64,000 nucleotides of DNA from a virus: the IMG/VR virus record IMGVR_UViG_3300012848_000031; one strand, 5' to 3'. The notes under the pieces were generated by a model that was not told the origin of the DNA, searched no databases, and worked only from the letters and a program-made list of their open reading frames with translations. Each line of letters starts with the position of its first letter. The first letter of the stretch is position 1. This document shows, one piece after another, positions 35,893-46,121 of this stretch. The position numbers and the translations under genes were made by a program.

Positions 35893-37377
35893 ATGACCGA
35901 CCTCTCGGTGAGCAGCATCGTCAACGTACAGATTGCGCTGGCGCCGATCGCGGCGCAGGCCCGCAATTTCGGCAGCTTCCTCATCGTCACCGACTCAGAC
36001 GTCATCGACACGCAGGAGCGGCTGCGGCTCTACAATTCGATCGACTCCATCGCGGCCGACTCGGGCATGGAATCTCCGGAGTATCAGGCGGCGCGGCTCT
36101 ACTACTCGCAGAATCCGCAGCCGCTCAACTGCTACGTCGGGCGCTGGGCGCGGACCGCGACGCACGCCACACTACGCGGCGGTGTGCTGTCGGCCGCCCA
36201 GCAGGCGATCGCGAACTTCAACCCGATCGTCAACGGCGGCATGAACATCACGATCGACGGCGTCGTGCGAAACCTCACCGCGCTGGACTTCAGCGGCGCA
36301 ACCAACCTCAACGGGGTTGCCTCGATCATCCAGGCGGCGCTCGCGACGTTCGCCACCGTCACCTGGGACGCGCACAACGGCCGGTTCGTGGTGCGGGCGA
36401 TCTCCACCGGCGCGGCCTCCGGTGTCAGCTTCGCGTCCGCACCGGGCGCCGGGACCGACATTTCAAATCTGGTCCGGCTGCGCTCGAACTCCGGCGGCTA
36501 CTCGGTGGGTGGTATCGAGGCCGAGACACTGCCGGAGGCCGTGCAGCTCCTGGGCGAGCTGTCGAACGACTGGTATGGCCTGCAGGTCGCCGCATCGGTG
36601 ACGCCCTCCGACGAGGAACTCCTGGAGGTATCGGCTTACATTGAAGCCGCTTCGGTGTCGCGCATCTTTGGCATCACGAGCCAGGATGCCGAGACACTCA
36701 TCGGCGGGCTCACGAACGATCTCGCGAGCACGCTCAAGAGCCTCGGCCGCAAGCGAACGTTCGTGCAGTACTCGAGCAGCTCGGCGCAGGCGAGCGCCTC
36801 CATCTTCGGCCGCGCGTTCACGGTGAACTTCGATGGTGCGAACACGACCATCACCCTGAAGTTCAAGCAGCAGCCGAGCGTGACGCCTGAGGCGCTCACT
36901 GCCACGCAGGCCGCTGCCCTCAACGGGAAGAACTGCAACGTCTTCGTACGCTACAACAACGACACGGCCATCCTTCAGGAAGGCGTGATGGCGAACGGCT
37001 ATTTCTTCGATGAGGTGCACGGGACCGATTGGCTGCAGAACGACCTGCAGACCGACGTCTACAACCTCATGTATACGAGCCCGACGAAGATTCCCCAGAC
37101 GGACCAGGGCATCACCCGCATCGTCGCGCGCATCGAATCGCGACTCGACCAGGCGGTCACGAACGGGCTCATTGCACCCGGGGTCTGGACCGGCCCGCCG
37201 GTCGGCCCGCTCGCAACCGGTGACACGCTGAGCAAGGGCTACTTCGTCTACGCACCGCCCATCGCCACGCAGTCACAGGCCGATCGGGAAGCTCGCAAGG
37301 CGCCGCTCGTCCAGATCGCCGTCAAGCTCGCCGGCGCCGTGCACTTCGCGAACATCCTCGTCAACGTCAACCGCTAA
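35893..37377 (+). CDS. Tail sheath (DUF3383 family)
   Basis: SPEYQAA..YYSQ.P.P, KQQP.VT, FFDEVHG.DWL, KIPQTD.G, LAGAVH. Confidence 0.88.
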   Translation: MTDLSVSSIVNVQIALAPIAAQARNFGSFLIVTDSDVIDTQERLRLYNSIDSIAADSGMESPEYQAARLYYSQNPQPLNCYVGRWARTATHATLRGGVLSAAQQAIANFNPIVNGGMNITIDGVVRNLTALDFSGATNLNGVASIIQAALATFATVTWDAHNGRFVVRAISTGAASGVSFASAPGAGTDISNLVRLRSNSGGYSVGGIEAETLPEAVQLLGELSNDWYGLQVAASVTPSDEELLEVSAYIEAASVSRIFGITSQDAETLIGGLTNDLASTLKSLGRKRTFVQYSSSSAQASASIFGRAFTVNFDGANTTITLKFKQQPSVTPEALTATQAAALNGKNCNVFVRYNNDTAILQEGVMANGYFFDEVHGTDWLQNDLQTDVYNLMYTSPTKIPQTDQGITRIVARIESRLDQAVTNGLIAPGVWTGPPVGPLATGDTLSKGYFVYAPPIATQSQADREARKAPLVQIAVKLAGAVHFANILVNVNR

Positions 37378-37395
37378 CTCCGGAGTTTCGCCTCA

Positions 37396-37836
37396 ATGAG
37401 CACCTACAGTTTCATGGAGGTCGCGGCGACGCTCGTCGGCCCGACCGGGGAAGTCGATCTCGGCTATGGCGCCGGCGTGGCTGAGGAAGGCATCGATGTC
37501 GATCCGTCCGCCCAGACCAACACGATGACGGTCGGCGCCGACGGCGAAGGGATGCATAGCCTGCATGCCGACAAGTCCGGCACCGTCACCGTGCGCCTGC
37601 TGAAGACATCGGACACGAACGCGCGGCTCCAGGCAATGTACGACGCGCAGCGACTCACGCCCTCGCTGTGGGGCAAGAATGTGATCGTCGTACGTATGCC
37701 GAATGTCGGTGACATCCACACCGCACGCAGCTGCGCCTTCCAGCGCAACCCGAAGAAGGTGTACAAAAAAGTCGGTGACTTCATCGAGTGGGTGTTCGAC
37801 GCGGTCAAGATCGACTCGATCCTCGGCAAGTACTGA
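37396..37836 (+). CDS. Tail tube (DUF3277-like)
   Basis: YSF..V.A...GP, GADGEGMHS.HA.KSG..TV.LL.TS. Confidence 0.8.
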   Translation: MSTYSFMEVAATLVGPTGEVDLGYGAGVAEEGIDVDPSAQTNTMTVGADGEGMHSLHADKSGTVTVRLLKTSDTNARLQAMYDAQRLTPSLWGKNVIVVRMPNVGDIHTARSCAFQRNPKKVYKKVGDFIEWVFDAVKIDSILGKY

Positions 37837-37847
37837 GGCCGCCACCG

Positions 37848-38351
37848 ATGACCGAATTCGAGCTCGACGGAAAGCAGTACCGCATCCAGAAGTTGAACGC
37901 GCTCCAGCAGTTCAACCTGCAGCGGAAGATCGCGCCTCTCATTCCGCCCCTGATTCCGGCCTTTGTGGAGATCGGCAAGCAGAAGAAAGGGATCGAGAGC
38001 ATCACGCCGGAGGCGGTCGTCGCCATGGCGCCGTTGCTCCAGCCGTTCGCCGATGCGATCGCGGGCCTGCCCGATGCGGCCGCGGAATACGTGCTCAGCA
38101 CGAGCCTCTCCGCCCTCCAACGCAATCAAGGCGGCAACTGGGCGCCGATCTGGAGCGCCAGGCACTCGACCGTGATGTTCAGCGACATCGACGATATGAG
38201 CACACTGCTGCCGCTCGTCGTCCGCGTCATCCTGGACAGCCTCGGCCCTTTTATTCGCGGTCTCCTTACGAGCCAGGAGGAGACCTCGGACGCAGCAAGT
38301 TCGCCGACGTCAAATGGCATCAGCTCCCGGGCGGTGAAGACTGGCTCCTAG
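37848..38351 (+). CDS. Tail assembly chaperone (gpG-like)
   Basis: Between tube and tape measure; slippery CCCTTTT near 3' end. Confidence 0.8.
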   Translation: MTEFELDGKQYRIQKLNALQQFNLQRKIAPLIPPLIPAFVEIGKQKKGIESITPEAVVAMAPLLQPFADAIAGLPDAAAEYVLSTSLSALQRNQGGNWAPIWSARHSTVMFSDIDDMSTLLPLVVRVILDSLGPFIRGLLTSQEETSDAASSPTSNGISSRAVKTGS

Positions 38352-38503
38352 CCCCGGTGAAGGCCGGCATGTGCCGCTATGAGTCGCTGAAGGACGGGAC
38401 GCTCGATCTCGCCGACGTCGCGCTGATGAACGACGCGCTGGCCGTCAGTGCTGACAACGAGCTCCTCGCCAGGGAGATCGCGGAGAAGAACCGTGGCAGC
38501 TGA
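38246..38503 (+). CDS. gpT-like -1 frame extension of the chaperone
   Basis: C CCT TTT heptamer at 38246-38252; -1 frame open to 38503 (WLLAPV..G.CRYESLKDG.LDLADVALMNDAL). Confidence 0.7.
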   Translation, partial: PFYSRSPYEPGGDLGRSKFADVKWHQLPGGEDWLLAPVKAGMCRYESLKDGTLDLADVALMNDALAVSADNELLAREIAEKNRGS

Positions 38504-40172
38504 GACCAGCATCATCCGCGAGTTCCTCGTCGCGCTCGGATTCCAGAGCGACGAGGCGGCGCTCAAGAAGTTCGAGACCGGCATCGACCAGGCGACGAAG
38601 GCCGCGGTGCGGCTGGCGACGGCCGTTACGGCGACCGCGGTCGCGGTGAGCCTGGGTGTCACACGGGTCGCGTCCAACCTCGAGCGGCTCTACTTCGCCT
38701 CCATCAAAGCCAACGACTCGGCCGCGAACCTGAAGGCCTTCGACCGGGCGGCGCAGAATTTCGGCACGGAGGCTGGTGAAGCGCTGGGGTCAGCGGAGGC
38801 CCTCGCGCGCTTCCTGCGTGAGAACCCGGGCGGGGAAGGCCTGCTTGCCTCTCTGGGCGTACAAACCCGCGACGCGAACCAGCAGCTGCGCGGCACGACG
38901 GATCTGATGCTCGAGCTCGGCCAGCAGCTCGCGCAGCGACCGTACTACCTTGCGCGTCAGTACGCCGGAATGTTCGGGATCTCCGAGGACACGCTCCGCG
39001 CGCTGCGCACCGGGGACTTCGAACGCGAAGTGCTGCGCATGCGTGAGCAGTTGAAGGATGCCGGGTTCTCGCAGGCGACGAAGGACGCACACGCCTTCAT
39101 GATCGAGCTGCGCGACCTGACGACGGTCCTTCAGACCTTCGGCATCCAGGTCTACAACGCGCTGTCGCAGCGGCTCGGTGTCAGCCTCGCGAGCTTCACG
39201 GCCTGGCTCCGGGAGAACGGGCCAACGCTCGCCGGGCGTACGGCCGAGATCCTCGAGCGCATCCTGGATGTCGCCGAGCGGGCCGGCGCCGCGATCACCT
39301 GGATCGTCGACAAGCTCATCGAGTGGGACCGGCAAACTGACGGCTGGAGCACTCGTATCCTCGTGCTCACGGCTGTCCTCAAGGCGCTCGGCGGGTTCGC
39401 GATCATCGGCGGCGTCATATCGCTCGCCGGGGCGTTCGCGAAGCTCGCCGTCGGAATCACGGCGGCCGCTGGCGCCGGCACGGGCTTCCTGGGCGTCCTC
39501 GGCAAGCTCGGTGTGGTGGGCGCGACGGGCGCGGCCGCGTACGGTGCCGGAACGCTGATACAGCAGGCGCTGCCCGAGAGCGCGAACGACGCGATCGGCC
39601 GCTGGATCGCCAAGGCGCTCATGCTCTTCAGCAACCGGGGCGCGGCGGAGGCCCTCGCCCAGAATGACCCGATCGAGTACTTCCGCATGCTCGGCTGGTC
39701 GAGGGAGCAGGCCACCGGCATCGTCGCGAACCTGCAGGCCGAGAGCGGAATGGATCCGCAGGCGACGGGTGACAACGGCCAGGCCGTCGGCGTCGCCCAA
39801 TGGCATCCCGATCGCCAGCAGGTCTACTACGACCGCATGGGCAAGGGGCTCGAGGAGTCCACGCTCGCCGAGCAGCTCGACTTTGTGGATTACGAAATGC
39901 GCTTCGGTGCCGAGCGGGCCGCCGGCGCGCTCCTCATGGCCGCCACCTCCGCGCGACAGGCGGCCGAGATTGTCGCCCGCCACTACGAGCGCCCCGCCAA
40001 TGTCGACCAGGAAGCAGCCAAGCGAGGCGAGCTCGCGGTGCAGCTGTCTCAGGAGACGAACATCCACTTGCATGGCGGTCCCAACTCTGCGACGAACGCG
40101 CGCGACGTTGCGAACGAGCAGAAGGATGTGAACGCGCAGCTGGTGCGCAACTTCAGCTCCCTGGTGCAGTAA
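38493..40172 (+). CDS. Tape measure protein with C-terminal lysozyme-like domain
   Basis: IREFLV.LGF start; GI.ANL.AESG..P...GDNG.A.G.AQWH.DR. Confidence 0.85.
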   Translation: MAAETSIIREFLVALGFQSDEAALKKFETGIDQATKAAVRLATAVTATAVAVSLGVTRVASNLERLYFASIKANDSAANLKAFDRAAQNFGTEAGEALGSAEALARFLRENPGGEGLLASLGVQTRDANQQLRGTTDLMLELGQQLAQRPYYLARQYAGMFGISEDTLRALRTGDFEREVLRMREQLKDAGFSQATKDAHAFMIELRDLTTVLQTFGIQVYNALSQRLGVSLASFTAWLRENGPTLAGRTAEILERILDVAERAGAAITWIVDKLIEWDRQTDGWSTRILVLTAVLKALGGFAIIGGVISLAGAFAKLAVGITAAAGAGTGFLGVLGKLGVVGATGAAAYGAGTLIQQALPESANDAIGRWIAKALMLFSNRGAAEALAQNDPIEYFRMLGWSREQATGIVANLQAESGMDPQATGDNGQAVGVAQWHPDRQQVYYDRMGKGLEESTLAEQLDFVDYEMRFGAERAAGALLMAATSARQAAEIVARHYERPANVDQEAAKRGELAVQLSQETNIHLHGGPNSATNARDVANEQKDVNAQLVRNFSSLVQ

Positions 40173-40174
40173 GC

Positions 40175-40795
40175 ATGTCCGCGAACATCACGGAGGTCCT
40201 GATCCAGGGACGCGCCTTTCCGAACGTGCTGGCGCTGCCCAGGTCCACGCGGATCGGCGAGCTCGAGGTGGAGACGACGATCGAGGAGTCGCACACCGAT
40301 GATCTCGAGATCACCTCGCACCCGGTCGAGCGCGGCTCGGAGATCTCGGATCATAGCTACCGGCGACCGTCGGAGGTCGTGCTCACCTGCGGGTGGAGCA
40401 ACGCGAGCCTGAAGGCGCTGATCGGCATCGTGACCGGCTTCTTCGCCGGCGGCACGATGAGCAAGGGCGACTATGTGTCGGGCATCTACTCGCAGCTGCT
40501 GAAGCTGCAGCAGTCCCGCCAGCCGTTCTCTCTCAGCACCGGCCTGCGCACGTACGACAACATGCTGTTGCGGTCGCTGAACGTGACGCGGGACGCCACG
40601 ACGTCGCATGTCCTGATGGTGAAGGCGATCTGCCGCGAGGTGATCCTGGTCAGCACGCAATCGGTGGAGGGGCTGCCGCCGAAGGAAGCGCAGGCCGACC
40701 CGGCTTCGACCGCCGCGGTCGAGAGCTTGGGCAATGTGCAACCGATCACCGGATTCCCGGCGCCTGGCGGCACCGTCACACCGAACGATTGGTGA
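40175..40795 (+). CDS. Baseplate/tail initiator protein
   Basis: E.H.D.L.IT.HPVE.G..ISDH.Y..P. Confidence 0.7.
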   Translation: MSANITEVLIQGRAFPNVLALPRSTRIGELEVETTIEESHTDDLEITSHPVERGSEISDHSYRRPSEVVLTCGWSNASLKALIGIVTGFFAGGTMSKGDYVSGIYSQLLKLQQSRQPFSLSTGLRTYDNMLLRSLNVTRDATTSHVLMVKAICREVILVSTQSVEGLPPKEAQADPASTAAVESLGNVQPITGFPAPGGTVTPNDW

Positions 40796-41118
40796 CCGAC
40801 GTGCCGTCGTACTTTCATATCCCACTTCGCCCGGGCACGCCGCAACGCTTCTCGATCCGGCTCGGGCAGAAGGACTACGTTCTGACCCTGCGCTACCGGA
40901 ACATCGTCGAGGGTGGTTGGGTGCTCGATATCGAGGATGCCGTCGGCACCATGATCCTCGCCGGCGTGCCGCTCGTAACCGGCGCGGATCTGCTCGCGCA
41001 GTACAAGCACCTCGGGTTCGGCGGGCGGCTCTGGGTGCAGACGATGTCGGAGCCGGATGCGGCGCCGACGTTCGAGCACCTGGGCGAGGACGGGCGGCTG
41101 TACTGGGTGACGGGATGA
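40792..41118 (+). CDS. Baseplate plug-like protein
   Basis: GW.LDI.D.....I..G.PLVTG.DLL.QY..LG. Confidence 0.7.
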   Translation: MTDVPSYFHIPLRPGTPQRFSIRLGQKDYVLTLRYRNIVEGGWVLDIEDAVGTMILAGVPLVTGADLLAQYKHLGFGGRLWVQTMSEPDAAPTFEHLGEDGRLYWVTG

Positions 41119-42074
41119 GCGTGCGTCAGTACGACCGCAAGGTCTCGATCCTGGTCGGCAACGAGAGTAGCGCGATCGAGCTCTCGGCCTTGCGGGTGCA
41201 GTTCAAGATCCGCCGCAGCGACTTCCAGGAGCCCAACTCCGCGGACGTGCGCATCCTCAATGTCGCCGAAACCACCTCGAATCGGCTCACGAGGGAGTTC
41301 ACCCGCCTCGTGATCCAGGGAGGCTACGAGGGCAACTTCGGGCTGCTGTTCGACGGCGCCATCAAGCAGGCCCGCGTCGGCCGGGTCAACGCGCTCGACT
41401 CCTATGTCGACATCACGGCCGCCGATGGCGATGCGGCCTATAACTACTCGTACACCGCGCTCACGCTCGCCGCCGGCGCACAGCCGCAGAACGCGGTCGA
41501 GGCCTTCGTGCAGTCGATGGCGCAACAGGGCGTGGGGCTTGGCTACATGCCGGAGCTCTCGCAGAACGGCAGCCCGCGCGGCCGCGTGTACTACGGACTC
41601 ACGCGCGATGAGCTGCGGGAATGGGCCGAGGTGCAGGACTGCCTCTGGAGCATCCAGGACGGCAAGCTCACGCTGATCCCGAAAACCTCCTACATCCCGG
41701 GAGAATCGCCGCTGATCTCGCCGGCGACGGGCCTGGTCGGCGTGCCCGAGCAGACGCAGAACGGCATCAGCATGCGCGTGCTGCTGAACCCAGCGATCAA
41801 GATCGGGCAGTGCGTGAAGCTCGACGCGACGGTGAACCCGTTGCGCTACAGCCTGGATGTGCAATCGCAGGCGAACAACGCGCTCCTCGAGAGCTCGACG
41901 AGGCCGAACCCGGACGGGCTCTACTACGTCATGAGCGCGGACCACGTTGGCGATACGCGTGGCAATGAGTTCTATACGGACCTGACCTGCCTGTCCGTCG
42001 ACGCCACGATCCCGCCGAGCGCAGCTCCCCGGGCCGCGATCGCCCCTGAAGCAGCCAGCATCCGGCGGTACTGA
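41115..42074 (+). CDS. Baseplate hub protein
   Basis: Synteny; PRG...YG, WSIQDG.L, TGL.G.P.QT..GI. Confidence 0.75.
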   Translation: MSVRQYDRKVSILVGNESSAIELSALRVQFKIRRSDFQEPNSADVRILNVAETTSNRLTREFTRLVIQGGYEGNFGLLFDGAIKQARVGRVNALDSYVDITAADGDAAYNYSYTALTLAAGAQPQNAVEAFVQSMAQQGVGLGYMPELSQNGSPRGRVYYGLTRDELREWAEVQDCLWSIQDGKLTLIPKTSYIPGESPLISPATGLVGVPEQTQNGISMRVLLNPAIKIGQCVKLDATVNPLRYSLDVQSQANNALLESSTRPNPDGLYYVMSADHVGDTRGNEFYTDLTCLSVDATIPPSAAPRAAIAPEAASIRRY

Positions 42075-42076
42075 CG

Positions 42077-42745
42077 ATGGATCGACGCGAACGAGATGCG
42101 AAGCGCGAGGAGGCGATTCGGCTTGCGTTCCGCTCGATGCAGGCTCGCCTGTGGACCGCGTTGCCCGGGATCGTCGAGCGCTTCGACGCTGCGCAGATGA
42201 AGGTCGACGTGCAGCCGACCATCCACGGCCGTGTGATTGGTCCGGACCGGGAAGCATCGAGCATTCAGATGCCGAAGCTCGTCGACTGCCCGGTGCTCTG
42301 GCAGGGCGGCGGTGGCGTCACGCTCACCTACCCGATCAAGCCCGGGGATGAGTGCCTCGTCATCTTCTCTGCGCGCTGTATCGATGGCTGGTGGTCGCAG
42401 GGCGGGATCCAGGATCCGCCGGACATCCGCATGCACAACCTGTCCGATGGCTTCGCGCTCGTCGGCGTGCGCAGCCTGCCGCGGGCATTCGAGGTGAGCA
42501 CCACGGAGGCCGAGCTGCGATCGGACGATGGTGAGACCTTCATCCGGATGGATCCAGCAGGGCAACTCGTCCAGGTCACGGCCCCTGGCGGCATCGATCT
42601 CAACGGCGTCACGATCGATGCGAGCGGCAATGTGCATACGTCTGCAACGATCACTGCTGAAGAGGACGTCGTTGGTGGAGGCAAGCATCTGAAGACGCAT
42701 ACCCATCCGGCCGGGTCTCCAAACACAGGGCCGCCGAACTCATGA
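42077..42745 (+). CDS. Baseplate spike (Gp138-like)
   Basis: T..PI..GDECL..F..RCID.WW..GG, R.H.LSDG, C-terminal HTHP. Confidence 0.8.
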   Translation: MDRRERDAKREEAIRLAFRSMQARLWTALPGIVERFDAAQMKVDVQPTIHGRVIGPDREASSIQMPKLVDCPVLWQGGGGVTLTYPIKPGDECLVIFSARCIDGWWSQGGIQDPPDIRMHNLSDGFALVGVRSLPRAFEVSTTEAELRSDDGETFIRMDPAGQLVQVTAPGGIDLNGVTIDASGNVHTSATITAEEDVVGGGKHLKTHTHPAGSPNTGPPNS

Positions 42746-43086
42746 GATACCGAGCGCTCGATCCCCTGGGTGACTACACGATCGGCAAGCCCTTCCTGGT
42801 GGATTCCCCCGAGGCAGTCGCCCAGGCGATCTCGACGCGCCTGAAGCTCTGGCGCGGGGAGTGGTTCCTCGATACGACCGACGGCACGCCCTACAGCGGC
42901 GAGGTTCTCGGCAAGACGATGGCGCGCACCCCGGAGGTCGCCATCAAGCAGCGCATCCTGGGGACGCCGGGTGTCAATGCGATTACTGCGTTCTCCGCGC
43001 TCTATGACGGCAACTCGCGGGTGCTCACGATCAATGCGGCCGTGGACACCGCCTACGGCCCTGTAACCGTCTCCGAGGTCCTCTGA
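42742..43086 (+). CDS. Baseplate wedge / gp25-like protein
   Basis: RL.LW.GEWFLD...GTP, I..T.GV..I. Confidence 0.7.
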   Translation: MRYRALDPLGDYTIGKPFLVDSPEAVAQAISTRLKLWRGEWFLDTTDGTPYSGEVLGKTMARTPEVAIKQRILGTPGVNAITAFSALYDGNSRVLTINAAVDTAYGPVTVSEVL

Positions 43087-43089
43087 CGC

Positions 43090-44262
43090 ATGCACACCTA
43101 CGCGCCCACGATCGACGCGACCGGAGCTCGCGCCGACGATTTTCCGACGACGCTGGCGAAGCTGCAGGACGACTTCCGCTCGATCTACGGCGATGACGTC
43201 TACCTCGGGAACGACTCGCAGGATGGGCAATGGCTCGGTGTGCTGGCGAAGGCGATCTCCGACTGCGGCGCCGCGTTCGTGTCGGTCTACAACGCCTTCT
43301 CGCCGGCGACCGCCCAGGGCAATGGCCTCTCGAGCGTGGTGAAAATAAACGGTCTATCCCGGGCGCTGCCGTCGTTCTCCACCTGCGATCTCACGCTCGT
43401 GGGTGTTGCCACCACGCCGATCACGAATGGACTGGCGGAAGACACCAGCGGCAATGTCTGGGCGCTGCCCGCTCTGGTGACGATTCCAAGCGGCGGCGAG
43501 ATCACCGTGACGGCGACCTGCCGTAGCCCCGGCTCGATTGCCGCGGCCGCGGGCACGATCACGAAAATCAAGACGCCCGTGTTCGGCTGGCAGAGCGTGA
43601 CCAACGCCGGCGCCGCGGTACCTGGCAATCCGGTGGAAACCGATGCGGCGCTGCGTGCCCGTCAGACGGAATCTGTTGCCGGGCCTTCTCAGACAGTGCT
43701 CGACGGCGTGATGGCCTCCATTGCGGGCATCCCGGGCGTTGCGCGCAGGAAGGCCTACGAGAACAACACGAACGCGGCCGACGGCAACGGAATCCCTGCG
43801 AAGAACGTCGCAATCTTCGTGGAAGGGGGCGACCAGGATGCGATCCTCGATGTCATCGGCCTGAAGATGACGCCGGGCGTTCCCATGCAGGGCGCGATCA
43901 CGAAAACCTATGTGAGCCCCGGCGGCTCCTCCAAGGATGTTCGATTCGCAAGGCCGACGGCCGCGGTCATCCATGTCGCCCTGACCCTGCAGCCGCTCAC
44001 CGGGTGGTCCACGGACATTCAGCCCATCATCGCGCAGTCGGTGGCGGACTACATCAACACGCTGCCGATCGGTCAGGTCGTGCGCTACTTCGAAATGGTG
44101 CGGCCCGCAATGATTGTTGGCAGCCCCTACGCGAGCTCGTTCTCCATCAGCTCGATGACCATCCAGAAGAACGCCGGCGCGCCTGGCGCGACTGATCTTG
44201 CGATCGACTACCACGAAGTCCCGTCAGGCGAGACGGCGAACGTGACCTTCACGATCCTATGA
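43090..44262 (+). CDS. Baseplate J/gp47 family protein
   Basis: DSQDGQW, ETDAALRARQ, YENNT...D.NG.P. Confidence 0.85.
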   Translation: MHTYAPTIDATGARADDFPTTLAKLQDDFRSIYGDDVYLGNDSQDGQWLGVLAKAISDCGAAFVSVYNAFSPATAQGNGLSSVVKINGLSRALPSFSTCDLTLVGVATTPITNGLAEDTSGNVWALPALVTIPSGGEITVTATCRSPGSIAAAAGTITKIKTPVFGWQSVTNAGAAVPGNPVETDAALRARQTESVAGPSQTVLDGVMASIAGIPGVARRKAYENNTNAADGNGIPAKNVAIFVEGGDQDAILDVIGLKMTPGVPMQGAITKTYVSPGGSSKDVRFARPTAAVIHVALTLQPLTGWSTDIQPIIAQSVADYINTLPIGQVVRYFEMVRPAMIVGSPYASSFSISSMTIQKNAGAPGATDLAIDYHEVPSGETANVTFTIL

Positions 44263-44894
44263 CGACCGACTACACTTCGTTCATCACGAGCGAGCACGCG
44301 GACAAGCCGAAGTTCGTCGCGATGGTCCAGGCGACCGCCGGCGCGTTTGGCGCGATCGCCGAGGCCATGTGCTCGCTGCCGCACGCTTTCGACCTCGACA
44401 ACGCCGCCGGCGCGCAGCTCGACATCGTGGGGAAGTGGGTCGGGCAGCCGAGGGCGGTATCGGGCGTGCTGACGCTCGGCTACTTCGGATTCAGTGACAA
44501 CATCGTCGCGGAGCCATTCGGCGAGGAGGGTAACCCCTCGATCGGCGGCCGCTTCTATGAAGAGGGCGAACCCTTCACCTCGACGTCGGTGCTCGCGGAT
44601 CCGGAATATCGCACGGTGCTGCGTGCGAAGATCGTCCGCAATCACTACGACGGAAGAACCGACGAGATCGAGCAGGCGCTGGAGTACATCTTCGCCGCAC
44701 CCGCCCACGTGCGCGATGCCGGCAACCTGAGCATCGACATCGTCGTGAACGCGCCGATCTCGCTCGTCGGCCAATCACTACTCACGAACTTCGATCTGTT
44801 GCCGCGCCCCGCTGGCGTCTCCATCGGCGAGATCATCCACTCGGAACTCTCGGCCGAGGCGCGCGCGAAAGCCGCTGCCGCCGGCACGCTCTAA
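44259..44894 (+). CDS. Baseplate wedge protein (DUF2612-like)
   Basis: FDLD.A.G.QLD.VG.WVG..R, LL.RPAGV. Confidence 0.8.
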   Translation: MTTDYTSFITSEHADKPKFVAMVQATAGAFGAIAEAMCSLPHAFDLDNAAGAQLDIVGKWVGQPRAVSGVLTLGYFGFSDNIVAEPFGEEGNPSIGGRFYEEGEPFTSTSVLADPEYRTVLRAKIVRNHYDGRTDEIEQALEYIFAAPAHVRDAGNLSIDIVVNAPISLVGQSLLTNFDLLPRPAGVSIGEIIHSELSAEARAKAAAAGTL

Positions 44895-44924
44895 CCACTC
44901 TCGACTTTCTCACGGAGCTCCCTG

Positions 44925-46115
44925 ATGGCGATCACCAAGCCACCGGTTCTGCCTGTGTGGGCGGACGATGTCTCGACATCACCCGATCTCGTGCAGCCCA
45001 CCAACGAGCAGATCGCGGCTGGATGGCTCGAGAGCACGACCCCTCCGTCCCGAGGCCGGTTCAACTGGCTGTTCAAGTCCTTGACGAACGCTGTGCGCTA
45101 CTTCAGCCGGCGCGGCATCGTCGACTACGACGCGGACGAGACCTACATGACCGGCGACATCGTGCGCGGGAACAACGGGGCACTCTACCGCTCTCTCCAG
45201 GACAGCAACACAAATCACACGCCGAGCAGCTCGCCGGCGTGGTGGGGCTCGGTGATCGCCCCGACGCCGCCGGTCGACGACAACACCACCAAGGTCGCCA
45301 CGACCGCCTACGTGCTCGGACAGGTATCGACGACGACGCCAGTAATGGATGGTGCCGGTGCGATCGGCGTGTCCATGAAGTTCGCGCGAGCCGATCACGT
45401 GCACCCCTCTGACTCGAGCAAGGCGAACACGAGCGGGAGCTACCCGGGGCTGTCGGTTGGGTCTGCGGCGACCGCGGCCCTGGTGCCGTGGGCTGGCGTA
45501 TCGGCCAGGCCGAACACCGTCGCCGGCTACGGCATCATCGATGCAATCACGACAGCGAACATCGGCGTGCAGTCGGTAGCTTTCGCGAATAGCGCGGGCA
45601 ACGCGTATCCGCGCCGCTGGGACGGCCAGCCCATCCAGATCATCTGGTCTGGGCAAGGCGGCCAGCCGAACTGGCTGCTCGGCGGCAACGACGGCGTGCA
45701 GTTCCATGTCTACAACCCTGCCAACTTCAGCGTCAATTTCGCGTCCTCCGCAGGATCAGCAGTCAGCGCCCAAACCGCCACGACGCAGCCGGCGAACGCG
45801 TCGAACACGACGATCGCGACCACGGCATTCGCGAACCCAGGCGCATCGTTCCCCGGTGCTTCGGGATACGCGATCACGTCATCTTCGGATTCCAGCGGCC
45901 GCCGGCTGGTCATCCAGGCCGGATCGGCCGTGAGCGGCTTTGTGAGCTTCCCCATCGCATTCCCGACAGCATTCCTCGGCGGGGGCTGCTCGACCAACCG
46001 CGCGTTCGCCGGCAGCGGTGGCTACAACCATATCTCCAGTCCAACCCGCTTCGGCATGAACGTGCTCTTTGATCCCAACCCCAACAGCGGCTGGTGGTGG
46101 GCTATCGGCTACTGA
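44925..46115 (+). CDS. Tail fibre protein
   Basis: GW....PP....FNWL; ATTAYV; RADHVHP; C-terminal FP.AFP...W.AIGY. Confidence 0.8.
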   Translation: MAITKPPVLPVWADDVSTSPDLVQPTNEQIAAGWLESTTPPSRGRFNWLFKSLTNAVRYFSRRGIVDYDADETYMTGDIVRGNNGALYRSLQDSNTNHTPSSSPAWWGSVIAPTPPVDDNTTKVATTAYVLGQVSTTTPVMDGAGAIGVSMKFARADHVHPSDSSKANTSGSYPGLSVGSAATAALVPWAGVSARPNTVAGYGIIDAITTANIGVQSVAFANSAGNAYPRRWDGQPIQIIWSGQGGQPNWLLGGNDGVQFHVYNPANFSVNFASSAGSAVSAQTATTQPANASNTTIATTAFANPGASFPGASGYAITSSSDSSGRRLVIQAGSAVSGFVSFPIAFPTAFLGGGCSTNRAFAGSGGYNHISSPTRFGMNVLFDPNPNSGWWWAIGY

Positions 46116-46121
46116 GGTGCA

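Noticed and set aside
44925-46115. Diversity-generating retroelement acting on the tail fibre
   Set aside because: No reverse transcriptase seen and no template/variable repeat pair differing at adenines.
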